This document shows positions 30,383 to 38,724 of a stretch of DNA of 64,000 bases, in pieces. The DNA comes from Acidobacteriota bacterium (GTDB lineage: Bacteria > Acidobacteriota > Thermoanaerobaculia > Gp7-AA8): positions 320,001 through 384,000 of the forward strand of contig JAFATB010000025.1 of NCBI GenBank assembly GCA_019244185.1. The letters run 5' to 3'. The notes beneath the pieces were generated by a model that saw only the letters and a list, made by a program, of their open reading frames with translations, ran no database searches and was not told the origin of the DNA. How positions within the stretch are numbered: position 1 is the stretch's first letter; every line of letters begins with the position of its first letter. The translations under genes were made by a program, and so were the position numbers.

Positions 30383-31531
30383 GTGCTCCTCTTTCTCGCG
30401 ATCGCGCTGGCGATCTTCATCCCGCTCAACTGGATCGTCTGGCGCGCGCTGACGCGCATCCATCCGCGACGGCGCCGCGCGATCGGCGTCGCGGTCGTCG
30501 CCGGCAATCTGCTCTGGCCGTTCATCCCGTTCCTGCGCCGCGACGCCGGCTGGATGCGCGTCTTTCGCGCGCTGGCCGGACCGGTGTGGGTTGGGTGGAC
30601 GGTGTTCGTGCTGCTGTACGCGATGCTCGTCGTCATCGTCGTGCTCGCGTGGCTGCCGTTCCGCCGGCGCGCGAGCTTCGCGCGTTTCGCGCATGCGCCG
30701 TCGACGATCGTGTTGTGGACGTTGCTCATCGGCTTCATCGCGGGCTGGATTCAGTGCGTCGTTCCGCTGCACGTCGCGCGCGTGCCGGTGACGATCGCAA
30801 ACCTGCCGCCGTCGCTCGACGGCGCGCGCGTCGTGGTGATGGGCGATCTGCACGTCGGCCTCTTCTCGCGGCCGTCGCGGCTCGCGCGGCTCTTCGCCAC
30901 CGCAGGCGCGCAGCATCCGCGCGCGGTCGTGCTCGCGGGCGATCTCATCGACGACGATCCCCATTACGTCCCGAAGCTGCTCGACGGCACGCGTGCGCTC
31001 GCGGCGGACATCCCGCTGTTCGCGGTGTACGGCAATCACGAGATGTACGGCGATCCGATCGAAGTCGCGTCGAAGCTGCGCGGCAGCCGGGTACGACTGC
31101 TCGTCAACGAAGGTGCGGCGGTGGGCGACCTCTGGATCGCCGGCGTCTCCGACTTTGCGGCGAGCGGCCGCAATCATCCCGACCTCGCGCCGAACCTCGA
31201 CCGCGCGCTCGCGTCGAAGCCGCGCGATGCGTTCCCGCTCGTTGTCGCGCATCAGCCGGAGATCGCGCGTGCGCTGCGCGCGCGGCAGCTGCCGCTCGCC
31301 GTCTGCGCGCACACGCACGGCGGCCAGTTCGGCATCCGCCCGCTGCACTGGTCGCTCGCGGGCGTCTTCCTTCCCTACCACATGGGTCTGTACAAGCTCG
31401 GCGCGTCGCAGCTCTACGTCAGCACCGGCGCGGGTTACTGGGTGCTGCCGTTCCGGCTCGGCATGACGCCGGAGATCGCGGTCATCGAACTGCGGCCGGC
31501 AGCACCTCGTCGCACTTCGCCTCGACCTTGA
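30383..31531 (+). CDS. Membrane-anchored metallophosphoesterase (YkuE-like)
   Basis: N-terminal TMs; GDLH, GDLID, GNHE, AHTHGGQ. Confidence 0.9.
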   Translation: MLLFLAIALAIFIPLNWIVWRALTRIHPRRRRAIGVAVVAGNLLWPFIPFLRRDAGWMRVFRALAGPVWVGWTVFVLLYAMLVVIVVLAWLPFRRRASFARFAHAPSTIVLWTLLIGFIAGWIQCVVPLHVARVPVTIANLPPSLDGARVVVMGDLHVGLFSRPSRLARLFATAGAQHPRAVVLAGDLIDDDPHYVPKLLDGTRALAADIPLFAVYGNHEMYGDPIEVASKLRGSRVRLLVNEGAAVGDLWIAGVSDFAASGRNHPDLAPNLDRALASKPRDAFPLVVAHQPEIARALRARQLPLAVCAHTHGGQFGIRPLHWSLAGVFLPYHMGLYKLGASQLYVSTGAGYWVLPFRLGMTPEIAVIELRPAAPRRTSPRP

Positions 31532-32315
31532 GCGTGGCGAGATCGTCGGCGCGTGTCGGACCGATGTTCACGATCGCGATCGGCAGGCCGCGCTCGGCGG
31601 CGCGTTTGACGAAGCGATAGCCGGACCAGACCGTGAGCGACGAGCCGGCGACGAGCATCGCGTCCGCTTCCTCGACGCGGCGGAAGGCGTAGTCGACTTT
31701 GTCGCGCGGCACCGACTCGCCGAAGAAGACAACGTGCGGTTTGAGCACGCCGCCGCAGCGGTGGCATTCGGGCACTTCGAAGTCGCTGACGACGTCCGGC
31801 GCGACGTCGGCGTCACCGTCGGGAGCAAAGTCCGCGTCATCCGCGTGCAGGCGGTGCCACGGCGCGGCGGCGAGCCACTCCGCGTTGCGTTCCGCGAGGC
31901 GCGCCTGCATTTCTTCACGCGGAATGGTGCCGTTGCATCCGAGGCAGATGACGATGCGGTTGCGGCCATGGAGCTGGATGACGGCGCGGCTGCCCGCTTC
32001 CTGATGCAGGTCGTCGACGTTCTGCGTGATCAGCTGATGCACGCGTCCGCGCGACTCGAGCTCGGCGAGCGCGCGATGCGCGGCGTTCGGTCTTGCCGCA
32101 TCGAACCGCGGCCAGCCGCGATAGCTGCGCGCCCAGTAGAACCTCCGCACCTCGGCACTGCGGACGAAGGCGTTGTAGTAGATCGGCTTGTGCCGCGTCC
32201 ACGCGCCGCCGGGGCTACGGTAATCGGGGATGCCCGACTCGGTGCTGCAGCCCGCGCCGGTGAGGACGACCAGCCGCCGCGCGCGTGCGAGGAACTCTGC
32301 GATGCGCTCGCTCAT
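31482..32315 (-). CDS. cobB: NAD-dependent protein deacylase, Sir2 family (SIRT4-like)
   Basis: TGAGCSTESGIPDYRS, ITQNVDDLH, HG, two CXXC, LKPHVVFFGE, GSSL. Confidence 0.92.
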   Translation of the reverse strand: MSERIAEFLARARRLVVLTGAGCSTESGIPDYRSPGGAWTRHKPIYYNAFVRSAEVRRFYWARSYRGWPRFDAARPNAAHRALAELESRGRVHQLITQNVDDLHQEAGSRAVIQLHGRNRIVICLGCNGTIPREEMQARLAERNAEWLAAAPWHRLHADDADFAPDGDADVAPDVVSDFEVPECHRCGGVLKPHVVFFGESVPRDKVDYAFRRVEEADAMLVAGSSLTVWSGYRFVKRAAERGLPIAIVNIGPTRADDLATLKVEAKCDEVLPAAVR

Positions 32316-32376
32316 GCAGCGAACCGGAACAAATCTCCGCGACGGTCGATGCCCTCCTTCCGTATCACGAGGCAAC

Positions 32377-33810
32377 ATGCGCCGCGCCCTCATCGCTCTG
32401 CTCGCCGTCGCCACCGCTCTCGATGTCCGGGCCTCCTGCACCGCCCGCGTCGACACCGCGCGCTTCATCGTGCAAACGAACTGCACGTTCGAGAAGCCGT
32501 GCGTCGCGGGGCAACCCGTCACCTTCCGCATTCAAGCGCAGACCGGCTGCATCTCGCCGTGGGTGCCGTGTCAGGACTACGCCTTCGACTCCTGCGATAC
32601 GGTGACGTGGGACTTCGGCGATGGCAGCCACGCGAACAGCGGGCACTCGCCGACCGTGACGCACGTCTTCACGACGCCAGGCCCGTTCGACGTGTTCGGC
32701 CACATCGACAACGGCCGGGGCCACAACGAAGGCGGCACGGGCATCGTCATCTCCTACAACCCGCCGGGATTCGTCCGGTTCGCGCTCGACGACTACACGA
32801 CCCGCGAAGGCGCGGGCGAGATCACGGTCGTGCTCAAGCGCACCGGCAACGTCTCGCTGCCCGTGCACATGAAGCTCGACGCCGGCGCGCTTCTCAAATT
32901 CAAAGACGAGCCGGAGACGCGCGAGCACCAGATCACGATGGCTGCCGGTCAGACGGAGCTGCCGCTGACGCTGCTCGTGCCGGATGACGACGTCTTCGAC
33001 GGCGAGCGGCGCGAGTTCGTCTACGTCTACTCCAACAGCGGCGAGGCGGTCATGCCCTCGTATCAAACGCTCGCCAGCACGTTCGTGCGCATCGTCGACG
33101 ACGAAGCGGGACCGCACCTCTCCGTCGGCGACGACGTCACGGTCGCCGAAGGCGACAGCGGGCATGCGCTCATCTCGATTCCGCTCACGCTCTCGCAGCC
33201 GATCGCGCAGGATCTCCCGCTCTTCGTCACGTACGTCGACGGTACCGCCACCGTGGGCCGTGACTACGAGACTCCCGACGGCGAGCACGGCGTCATCCAC
33301 GACCTCACGATTCCCGCCGGCAGCACGCACGCGAACCTCACCGCCTACATCCTCGGCGACACGGAAACGGAGCCGAACGAGACGTTCCACATCGTCCTCG
33401 AACGCCCGACCGTCGCGCCGCCGGTGACGCTCGACCGCGGCGAGGTGCTCGTGACCATCGTCGACGACGACCTCTATCACTTCGCGTCCGACGTGAAGCA
33501 AGCCGTGGCCGGCGTCGACGATACGCTGACCATCATCAACGGCCATCCGAGCGCGGCGCCGGTCGAGGTCGCGCTGCATTCGTCGGCGCCGACGGTCGTC
33601 TCGGTGCCCGTGCACGTGACGCTCAGCGGCGCAAACGCGGCGTTCGCCATGCACCCGCTGCGCGCCGGCAACGCGAGGATCACCGCGACGGCGAGCGACG
33701 GCTCGACGTTCGACACGCTCGTCGTCGTCGCGATGCCGCAGGACGAACCGCCTCCTCCCCCGCCGCCGCCCACCACCGTGAACGGCAAGCATCGCGGCGT
33801 GCGGCACTAG
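32377..33810 (+). CDS. Secreted PKD plus Calx-beta domain protein
   Basis: Signal peptide; WDFGDG; Calx-beta motifs VAEGDSG, DGTATVGRDY, GDTETEPNETF, VTIVDDD; Pro-rich linker and basic C-terminus. Confidence 0.88.
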   Translation: MRRALIALLAVATALDVRASCTARVDTARFIVQTNCTFEKPCVAGQPVTFRIQAQTGCISPWVPCQDYAFDSCDTVTWDFGDGSHANSGHSPTVTHVFTTPGPFDVFGHIDNGRGHNEGGTGIVISYNPPGFVRFALDDYTTREGAGEITVVLKRTGNVSLPVHMKLDAGALLKFKDEPETREHQITMAAGQTELPLTLLVPDDDVFDGERREFVYVYSNSGEAVMPSYQTLASTFVRIVDDEAGPHLSVGDDVTVAEGDSGHALISIPLTLSQPIAQDLPLFVTYVDGTATVGRDYETPDGEHGVIHDLTIPAGSTHANLTAYILGDTETEPNETFHIVLERPTVAPPVTLDRGEVLVTIVDDDLYHFASDVKQAVAGVDDTLTIINGHPSAAPVEVALHSSAPTVVSVPVHVTLSGANAAFAMHPLRAGNARITATASDGSTFDTLVVVAMPQDEPPPPPPPPTTVNGKHRGVRH

Positions 33811-33822
33811 CGATCGCGCGCG

Positions 33823-35352
33823 TCACTTCGTCGACATGAACGGGTGCGCGATGCGCGGCTGCGTAGCGATGTCGACGAGCGCGTCGATGAGCACGCGCGC
33901 GCCGCGTTGCAGATCGTCGACGGAGATTTTCTCGTCGACGTCGTGCCCGGGATACGGCTTGCCGGGAAACCACATGCCGAAGGCGATCGAGTTCGGAAGT
34001 CTTTTCGCGTACGTCCCGCCGCCGGAGATCGCCGGCTTCGGCGACGCGACGCCGGTCGCGCGAGCGTACGCCTTCATCAGGCGCTGCACGAGCGGCTCGT
34101 GCGGATCGAAGCCGAGCGGCTCGTCTTCGAAGTAGGTCTTGGCCGCGTTGATCGTCAGCGACGCGCCGGTGCGTTTGTTGAAGTCGGCGACGAACGCCTC
34201 GAGATACGCGCGCGCCTGCGGCGCGGTGCGCGGCGGAATGCGGCGCAGGTTCGTGACGAAGACGAACGTCTTCGCATCGTTCGCATCGCGCTTGATCGTG
34301 GCCACGTTCACGGAGTAGCGGCCCCATATCGGATCGGAGTCGGTGATGCCGAGGCCCGTGCCGTGGAGATCCTGGCCGGCAAGACGTGCAAACGCGAGGA
34401 GATCGTCGGCGCCGCCGGTCGGCAGCTGCCCTTCGAGCACGCGCGCGAGCGCGACGAGCGCGTTGCGTCCGCCTTCGATGTTGACGCCGGCGTGCGCGGA
34501 GTGGCCGTACGTGACGACGCGCAGAATCGCGCCCTGCGGACCGAGGACGAGACGCGTGCCCTCGGGCAGCGCGACCTTCGTCAGCGCGTCCATGAGCGGC
34601 TGCCAGTTCGCATGCTCGCCGGTCCAGAAGAGACGCGCCTCCGCGTGATCGGGCACGATGCTCGTCGACAGTCCCGCGTCGAGCAGATCGACGCGATACG
34701 GCTTCTCGACGCCGGGACGGGAGTCGAGCGTCGTGGCGACGGCAAGCGCGTCCCACGCCTTCTCGCCGACCACGACCGGGAACTCGGAGTCGAGCACGAG
34801 CGAGTAATCGGGCGGCTGATGCTCCTTCAGATACTCGGGGATCTCCTTCGCGTCGGATTCCTCTTCGCTGCCGACCAGCAGGCGGATGTGATGCGTGCGG
34901 CGGACGCGGCTCTCCTTCAGCGCCTTCATGGCCAGCAGCGCCTGCACGAGCGGACCTTTGTCGTCGGCGGCGCCGCGACCGAGCATGTAGCCGTCGACGA
35001 CGCGCCCTTCGAACGGCGGAATCGTCCACGCCTCGACGTCGACCGGCTGCACGTCGCCATGCACGACCAGGCCGAGGATCGGCGCGGGCTCGACGCTCGC
35101 GGGCAGATCGATCTCGACGATCTTGCCGGTGTTGCGCGCGGAGAAGCCGAGGTCGTGCGCGGTCTTCAGCAGCCACTCCTTCTGCTGCGCGTGCGCCTCG
35201 TCGTTGTTCTGATAGGTCGGGAAGCGCACGACTTCCGAAAGCATCGGCACGAGGCGCTGCGCCTCGTGTTTGCGGTAGTGCTCGAGCACCGCCGTCGTGT
35301 GCGTGGCGAGCGAGGTGGCGAGAAGGAGCGACGCGACGATCATGGCGTTCAT
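33823..35352 (-). CDS. M20 family dipeptidase (PepV/Sapep-like)
   Basis: HGDVQP, GRGAADDKG, SEEE, SGGGTYAK, GHDVDE. Confidence 0.9.
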   Translation of the reverse strand: MNAMIVASLLLATSLATHTTAVLEHYRKHEAQRLVPMLSEVVRFPTYQNNDEAHAQQKEWLLKTAHDLGFSARNTGKIVEIDLPASVEPAPILGLVVHGDVQPVDVEAWTIPPFEGRVVDGYMLGRGAADDKGPLVQALLAMKALKESRVRRTHHIRLLVGSEEESDAKEIPEYLKEHQPPDYSLVLDSEFPVVVGEKAWDALAVATTLDSRPGVEKPYRVDLLDAGLSTSIVPDHAEARLFWTGEHANWQPLMDALTKVALPEGTRLVLGPQGAILRVVTYGHSAHAGVNIEGGRNALVALARVLEGQLPTGGADDLLAFARLAGQDLHGTGLGITDSDPIWGRYSVNVATIKRDANDAKTFVFVTNLRRIPPRTAPQARAYLEAFVADFNKRTGASLTINAAKTYFEDEPLGFDPHEPLVQRLMKAYARATGVASPKPAISGGGTYAKRLPNSIAFGMWFPGKPYPGHDVDEKISVDDLQRGARVLIDALVDIATQPRIAHPFMSTK

Positions 35353-35366
35353 TGTATGGTTCGCGA

Positions 35367-35900
35367 ATGACGATCTCCGGACGTCCCGCCGACGGCGAGT
35401 TCGCGGCGTACGCGACGAGCGACATCGACTTCGTCGCCGGCGACGACGCCGTGGCCGCGTTGCGCGCGCAATGCGACGAGGTCGTCGCGCTCTTCAACAC
35501 GCTCCGCAACGACGACGTTCGCGGCCTCGCCTACGCTCCCGGCAAGTGGACGCTCAAGGAAGTCCTCGGGCACCTCGCCGACGACGAGCGCATCTTCGCG
35601 TATCGCGCGCTCTGCATCGCGCGCGGCGACACGCGTCCGCTGCCGGGCTTCGACGAGCAGGAGTACGTGGCCGGGAGCCGCTTCGAGGAGCGCACGCTCG
35701 CCGACGTGCTCGACGAGTACCGCATCGTGCGCGCGGCGTCGCTCGCGCTGTTCGCATCGCTCGATGAACCCGCGTGGCTGCGGCGCGGCATCGTGAACGA
35801 ATACGAGGCGTCGGTGCGCGGGCTCGCGTTCCACATCGCCGCACACGAGCTGCATCACCTGCGCATCGTGCGCGAAAAGTACCTCGCTACTCGACTTTGA
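35367..35900 (+). CDS. DinB family protein
   Basis: YAPGKWTLKEVLGHLADDERIFAYR, HELHH. Confidence 0.9.
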   Translation: MTISGRPADGEFAAYATSDIDFVAGDDAVAALRAQCDEVVALFNTLRNDDVRGLAYAPGKWTLKEVLGHLADDERIFAYRALCIARGDTRPLPGFDEQEYVAGSRFEERTLADVLDEYRIVRAASLALFASLDEPAWLRRGIVNEYEASVRGLAFHIAAHELHHLRIVREKYLATRL

Positions 35901-36681
35901 CGTCGCCGAGGTCGATCTTCGGGTACGACATGTCGAGGGAGTCGAGCGTCTCGGCGATCGTGCGCGCGACGACGTAGTTGCGGTACCACTTCGCGTTCGC
36001 CGGCACGACGTACCACGGCGCCCACGCGGTGGAGGTCTTCTCGATCGCATCCTCGTACGCCTTCATGTAGTCCTTCCACAGCTTGCGCTCATCGAGGTCG
36101 CCGTGCTGGAACTTCCAGCGCTTGGTCGGATCGTCGATGCGCTCCTGCAGGCGCTTGCGCTGCTCGTCCGCGCTGATGTGCAGGAAGAACTTGAGGACGA
36201 TGGTGTCGTTCTCGACGAGCATCCGCTCGAAGTCGTTGATCTGCTGATAGCGCTCCCGCCACTGCTTCTCCGGCACCAGCTCGTGCACGCGCACGACCAG
36301 CACGTCCTCGTAGTGACTACGGTTGAAGACCGCGACCTCGCCCGCGGACGGCGTCTGCGCGTGAACGCGCCAGAGGTAGTCGTGCGCGAGCTCGTCCGGC
36401 GACGGCTTGCGGAACGAGACCACGCGCACGCCGGCGGGGTTAAAGCCGCTCATCACGTGGCGCACCGTGCCGTCTTTGCCCGACGTGTCCATGCCCTGCA
36501 GCACGACCAGCACTTTGCGGCGGCGCTCCGCGAAGAGAAGCTCCTGCAGCTCGCGCAGGCGATCGACGAGCTTCTCGCTTTCTTTCTTCGCCTCGGATTT
36601 TTTGTCGGCGAGCGGCGTGTCGTCGGGATCGATCTCGCTGAGGTCGATCTTCGTGCCCGGGTCGATGCGATGCTTGTTCAC
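35887..36681 (-). CDS. ppk2: Polyphosphate kinase 2 family (class III-like)
   Basis: LQGMDTSGKDG, FNRSHYEDV, KFFLHIS, PWYVVPA. Confidence 0.93.
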   Translation of the reverse strand: MNKHRIDPGTKIDLSEIDPDDTPLADKKSEAKKESEKLVDRLRELQELLFAERRRKVLVVLQGMDTSGKDGTVRHVMSGFNPAGVRVVSFRKPSPDELAHDYLWRVHAQTPSAGEVAVFNRSHYEDVLVVRVHELVPEKQWRERYQQINDFERMLVENDTIVLKFFLHISADEQRKRLQERIDDPTKRWKFQHGDLDERKLWKDYMKAYEDAIEKTSTAWAPWYVVPANAKWYRNYVVARTIAETLDSLDMSYPKIDLGDVKVE

Positions 36682-36688
36682 ACGCGCA

Positions 36689-37132
36689 TCAGAACAGGCG
36701 GCGCCCCTCGTGCGCAAGCAGCCACTGTTTGCGCTCGATTCCGCCGCCGTAGCCGGTGAGCGTTCCGTTCGAGCCGATGACGCGATGACACGGCACGATG
36801 ACGGCGATGGGATTCGCGCCGTTCGCCGCGCCGACCGCGCGCACCGCGTTCGGCCGTCCGATGCGATGCGCGATCTCGGCGTACGTGACGGTCGCGCCGT
36901 ACGGCACGCGCAGCAGCTCGTCCCACACCGCGCGCTGGAACTCGGTGCCGCGCGGCGCGAGGTCGAGCTCGAACACGGTGCGTTTGCCGTCGAAGTACTC
37001 GCGCAACTGCACGATTGCGGGATGAGACGCGTCCGCTTCGCGGAGTCCGTGCGGACGGAAGCTCACCGCGACGACGCGTTCATCGTCGTCGATCGCAACG
37101 TGCAACGGACCAATCCGCGAATCGAAGCTCAC
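36689..37132 (-). CDS. ogt: Methylated-DNA--protein-cysteine methyltransferase
   Basis: GTEFQRAVW, RAVGAANGANP, PCHRV. Confidence 0.95.
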   Translation of the reverse strand: MSFDSRIGPLHVAIDDDERVVAVSFRPHGLREADASHPAIVQLREYFDGKRTVFELDLAPRGTEFQRAVWDELLRVPYGATVTYAEIAHRIGRPNAVRAVGAANGANPIAVIVPCHRVIGSNGTLTGYGGGIERKQWLLAHEGRRLF

Positions 37133-37182
37133 CGTACCGTAGAATAACGCCTACCGATCCCATCACAGCGAGGGAACTCTTC

Positions 37183-38169
37183 ATGAAAACCTTCTTCAAG
37201 GTCATCGGCATCGCCGTGCTGACCATCGTCGCGCTCGCGGCGATCGGCGTGTCGTGGCTCGCGCTGCGCAAGCCGGCGCAGCGTCCGGCGTCCGCCGAGC
37301 GCATCGAAGCGACGCCGGAGCGCATCGCGCGCGGCTCCTATCTCGTCAACCACGTGGCCGACTGCCTCGGCTGCCACTCCGAGCACACGCTTGCGTACGG
37401 GTTCCCCATCAAACCGGGACGCGAAGGCGCCGGCGGCATCGTGTGGGACGAGAAGATGGGCTTCCCCGGCCGCCTCGCCGCCGCCAACCTCACGCCCGAT
37501 CCCGAGACGGGACTCGGCAAGTGGTCCGACGGCGAGATCCTCCGCGCGATGCGCGAAGGCGTCGACCGCAACGGCGACGCGCTCTTTCCGATCATGCCGT
37601 ACGTGCAGCTGCGCAATCTCTCCGACGACGACGCGAAGGCGATCGTCGCGTACCTCCGCACGCTGCGCCCGATCCGGTACGAGAAGCCGAAGAAGCAGCT
37701 GAACGTGCCGCTCAATTTCATCGAGAAGTTCATCCCGCAGCCGCTCGAAGGCCGCGTGACCGCGCCCGATCCGAACGACAGCGTGGCCTACGGCCGCTAC
37801 CTCACGCGCATCGGCGGCTGCTACGAATGCCACACGCCGCACGACAACAAGGGACCCATCGAGGCGCAGGCGTTCAGCGGCGGCTGGGAAATGATTGGCC
37901 CGTGGGGCCGCAACGTGACCGCGAACCTCACGCCGCACCCCGACACGTTCGTCGGCCGCGCCACGAAGGCGGAGTTCATCGGCCGCTTCCGCGCCTTCGC
38001 GAACTTCACCGCCGCCAACGCCCCCGCCGCCCCCAAAGGCCGCAACACCGTCATGCCGTGGATCGAGCTCTCCGGCATGACCGACCACGACCTCGGCGCG
38101 ATCTACGACTATCTGAAGACCGTGACGCCGGTGGCGAAGAAGGTGGACACGTTCCCAAACGCACAGTGA
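37183..38169 (+). CDS. Membrane-anchored diheme cytochrome c
   Basis: CLGCH and CYECH; ANLTPD; N-terminal TM. Confidence 0.9.
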   Translation: MKTFFKVIGIAVLTIVALAAIGVSWLALRKPAQRPASAERIEATPERIARGSYLVNHVADCLGCHSEHTLAYGFPIKPGREGAGGIVWDEKMGFPGRLAAANLTPDPETGLGKWSDGEILRAMREGVDRNGDALFPIMPYVQLRNLSDDDAKAIVAYLRTLRPIRYEKPKKQLNVPLNFIEKFIPQPLEGRVTAPDPNDSVAYGRYLTRIGGCYECHTPHDNKGPIEAQAFSGGWEMIGPWGRNVTANLTPHPDTFVGRATKAEFIGRFRAFANFTAANAPAAPKGRNTVMPWIELSGMTDHDLGAIYDYLKTVTPVAKKVDTFPNAQ

Positions 38170-38180
38170 GCCGGTCCGAC

Positions 38181-38276
38181 CGGGCCGGTGCAACCGGCTG
38201 CGCTAAAGGCCCAGCCTACCCGCACGTGCGGGCCGGTGCGACCGGCTGCGCTAAAGGCCAAGCCTACCCGCACGTA
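38181..38276. repeat. Two 48-bp tandem repeats
   Basis: 38181-38228 and 38229-38276, CGGGCCGGTGCRACCGGCTGCGCTAAAGGCC... Confidence 0.9.
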
Positions 38277-38606
38277 CGGCTGCCCTCAATGTCGTTTGGG
38301 GGCGGCCGCATGTGCGCGTCGTATCGTGGGGACATGCATCGCATTCGCCCCGTCTCCGCCGCTGACTGCGCCGCACTAATCCCCGCGAGATAGATCACGG
38401 ACGGATGAATCGCCGACCGCCCGCCATCGACGACTGCGCGCAACTCGTGCGCAGCGCGGCGAGTGCAGCGCAGTCAGCGGCGGAGATGGGACGAATGCGA
38501 TGGATGCGCCGCACGATACGACGCGCACATGCGGCCACTCGGAGCGATATTCAGGGCAGCCGCACGTGCGACTAGGCTAGGCCCTTAGCGCAGCCGGTCG
38601 GACCGG
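38233..38606. repeat. Imperfect inverted repeat, 145-bp arms
   Basis: 38233-38377 is largely the reverse complement of 38462-38606. Confidence 0.9.
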
Positions 38607-38682
38607 CGGCTCGCAGCGCGCGCATGAGGCGCTGGGCTTCGAGGTCGTCGATCGGATCGTGAACTATCGCAAGCGTTTGTGA
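38334..38682 (+). pseudogene. Remnant of a GNAT acetyltransferase (AAC(6')-like)
   Basis: N-terminal-like MHRIRPVSAADCAAL at 38334; C-terminal SQRAHEALGFEVVDRIVNYRKRL* at 38611-38682; the middle is missing. Confidence 0.6.
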
Positions 38683-38712
38683 GAGCGGCGACCGCGTGCG
38701 GTCGCCGCTCTC
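38681..38712. terminator. Perfect hairpin between convergent genes
   Basis: GAGAGCGGCGACCGC-GT-GCGGTCGCCGCTCTC. Confidence 0.7.
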
Positions 38713-38724
38713 ACTGTTTCACCT

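Noticed and set aside
31482-32315. Defence-type SIR2 (Thoeris/DSR)
   Set aside because: It has the Zn-binding CXXC pairs and motifs of a housekeeping sirtuin deacylase, with no defence partner.
38334-38682. Functional aminoglycoside resistance gene
   Set aside because: Only short terminal fragments remain and there is no continuous ORF.
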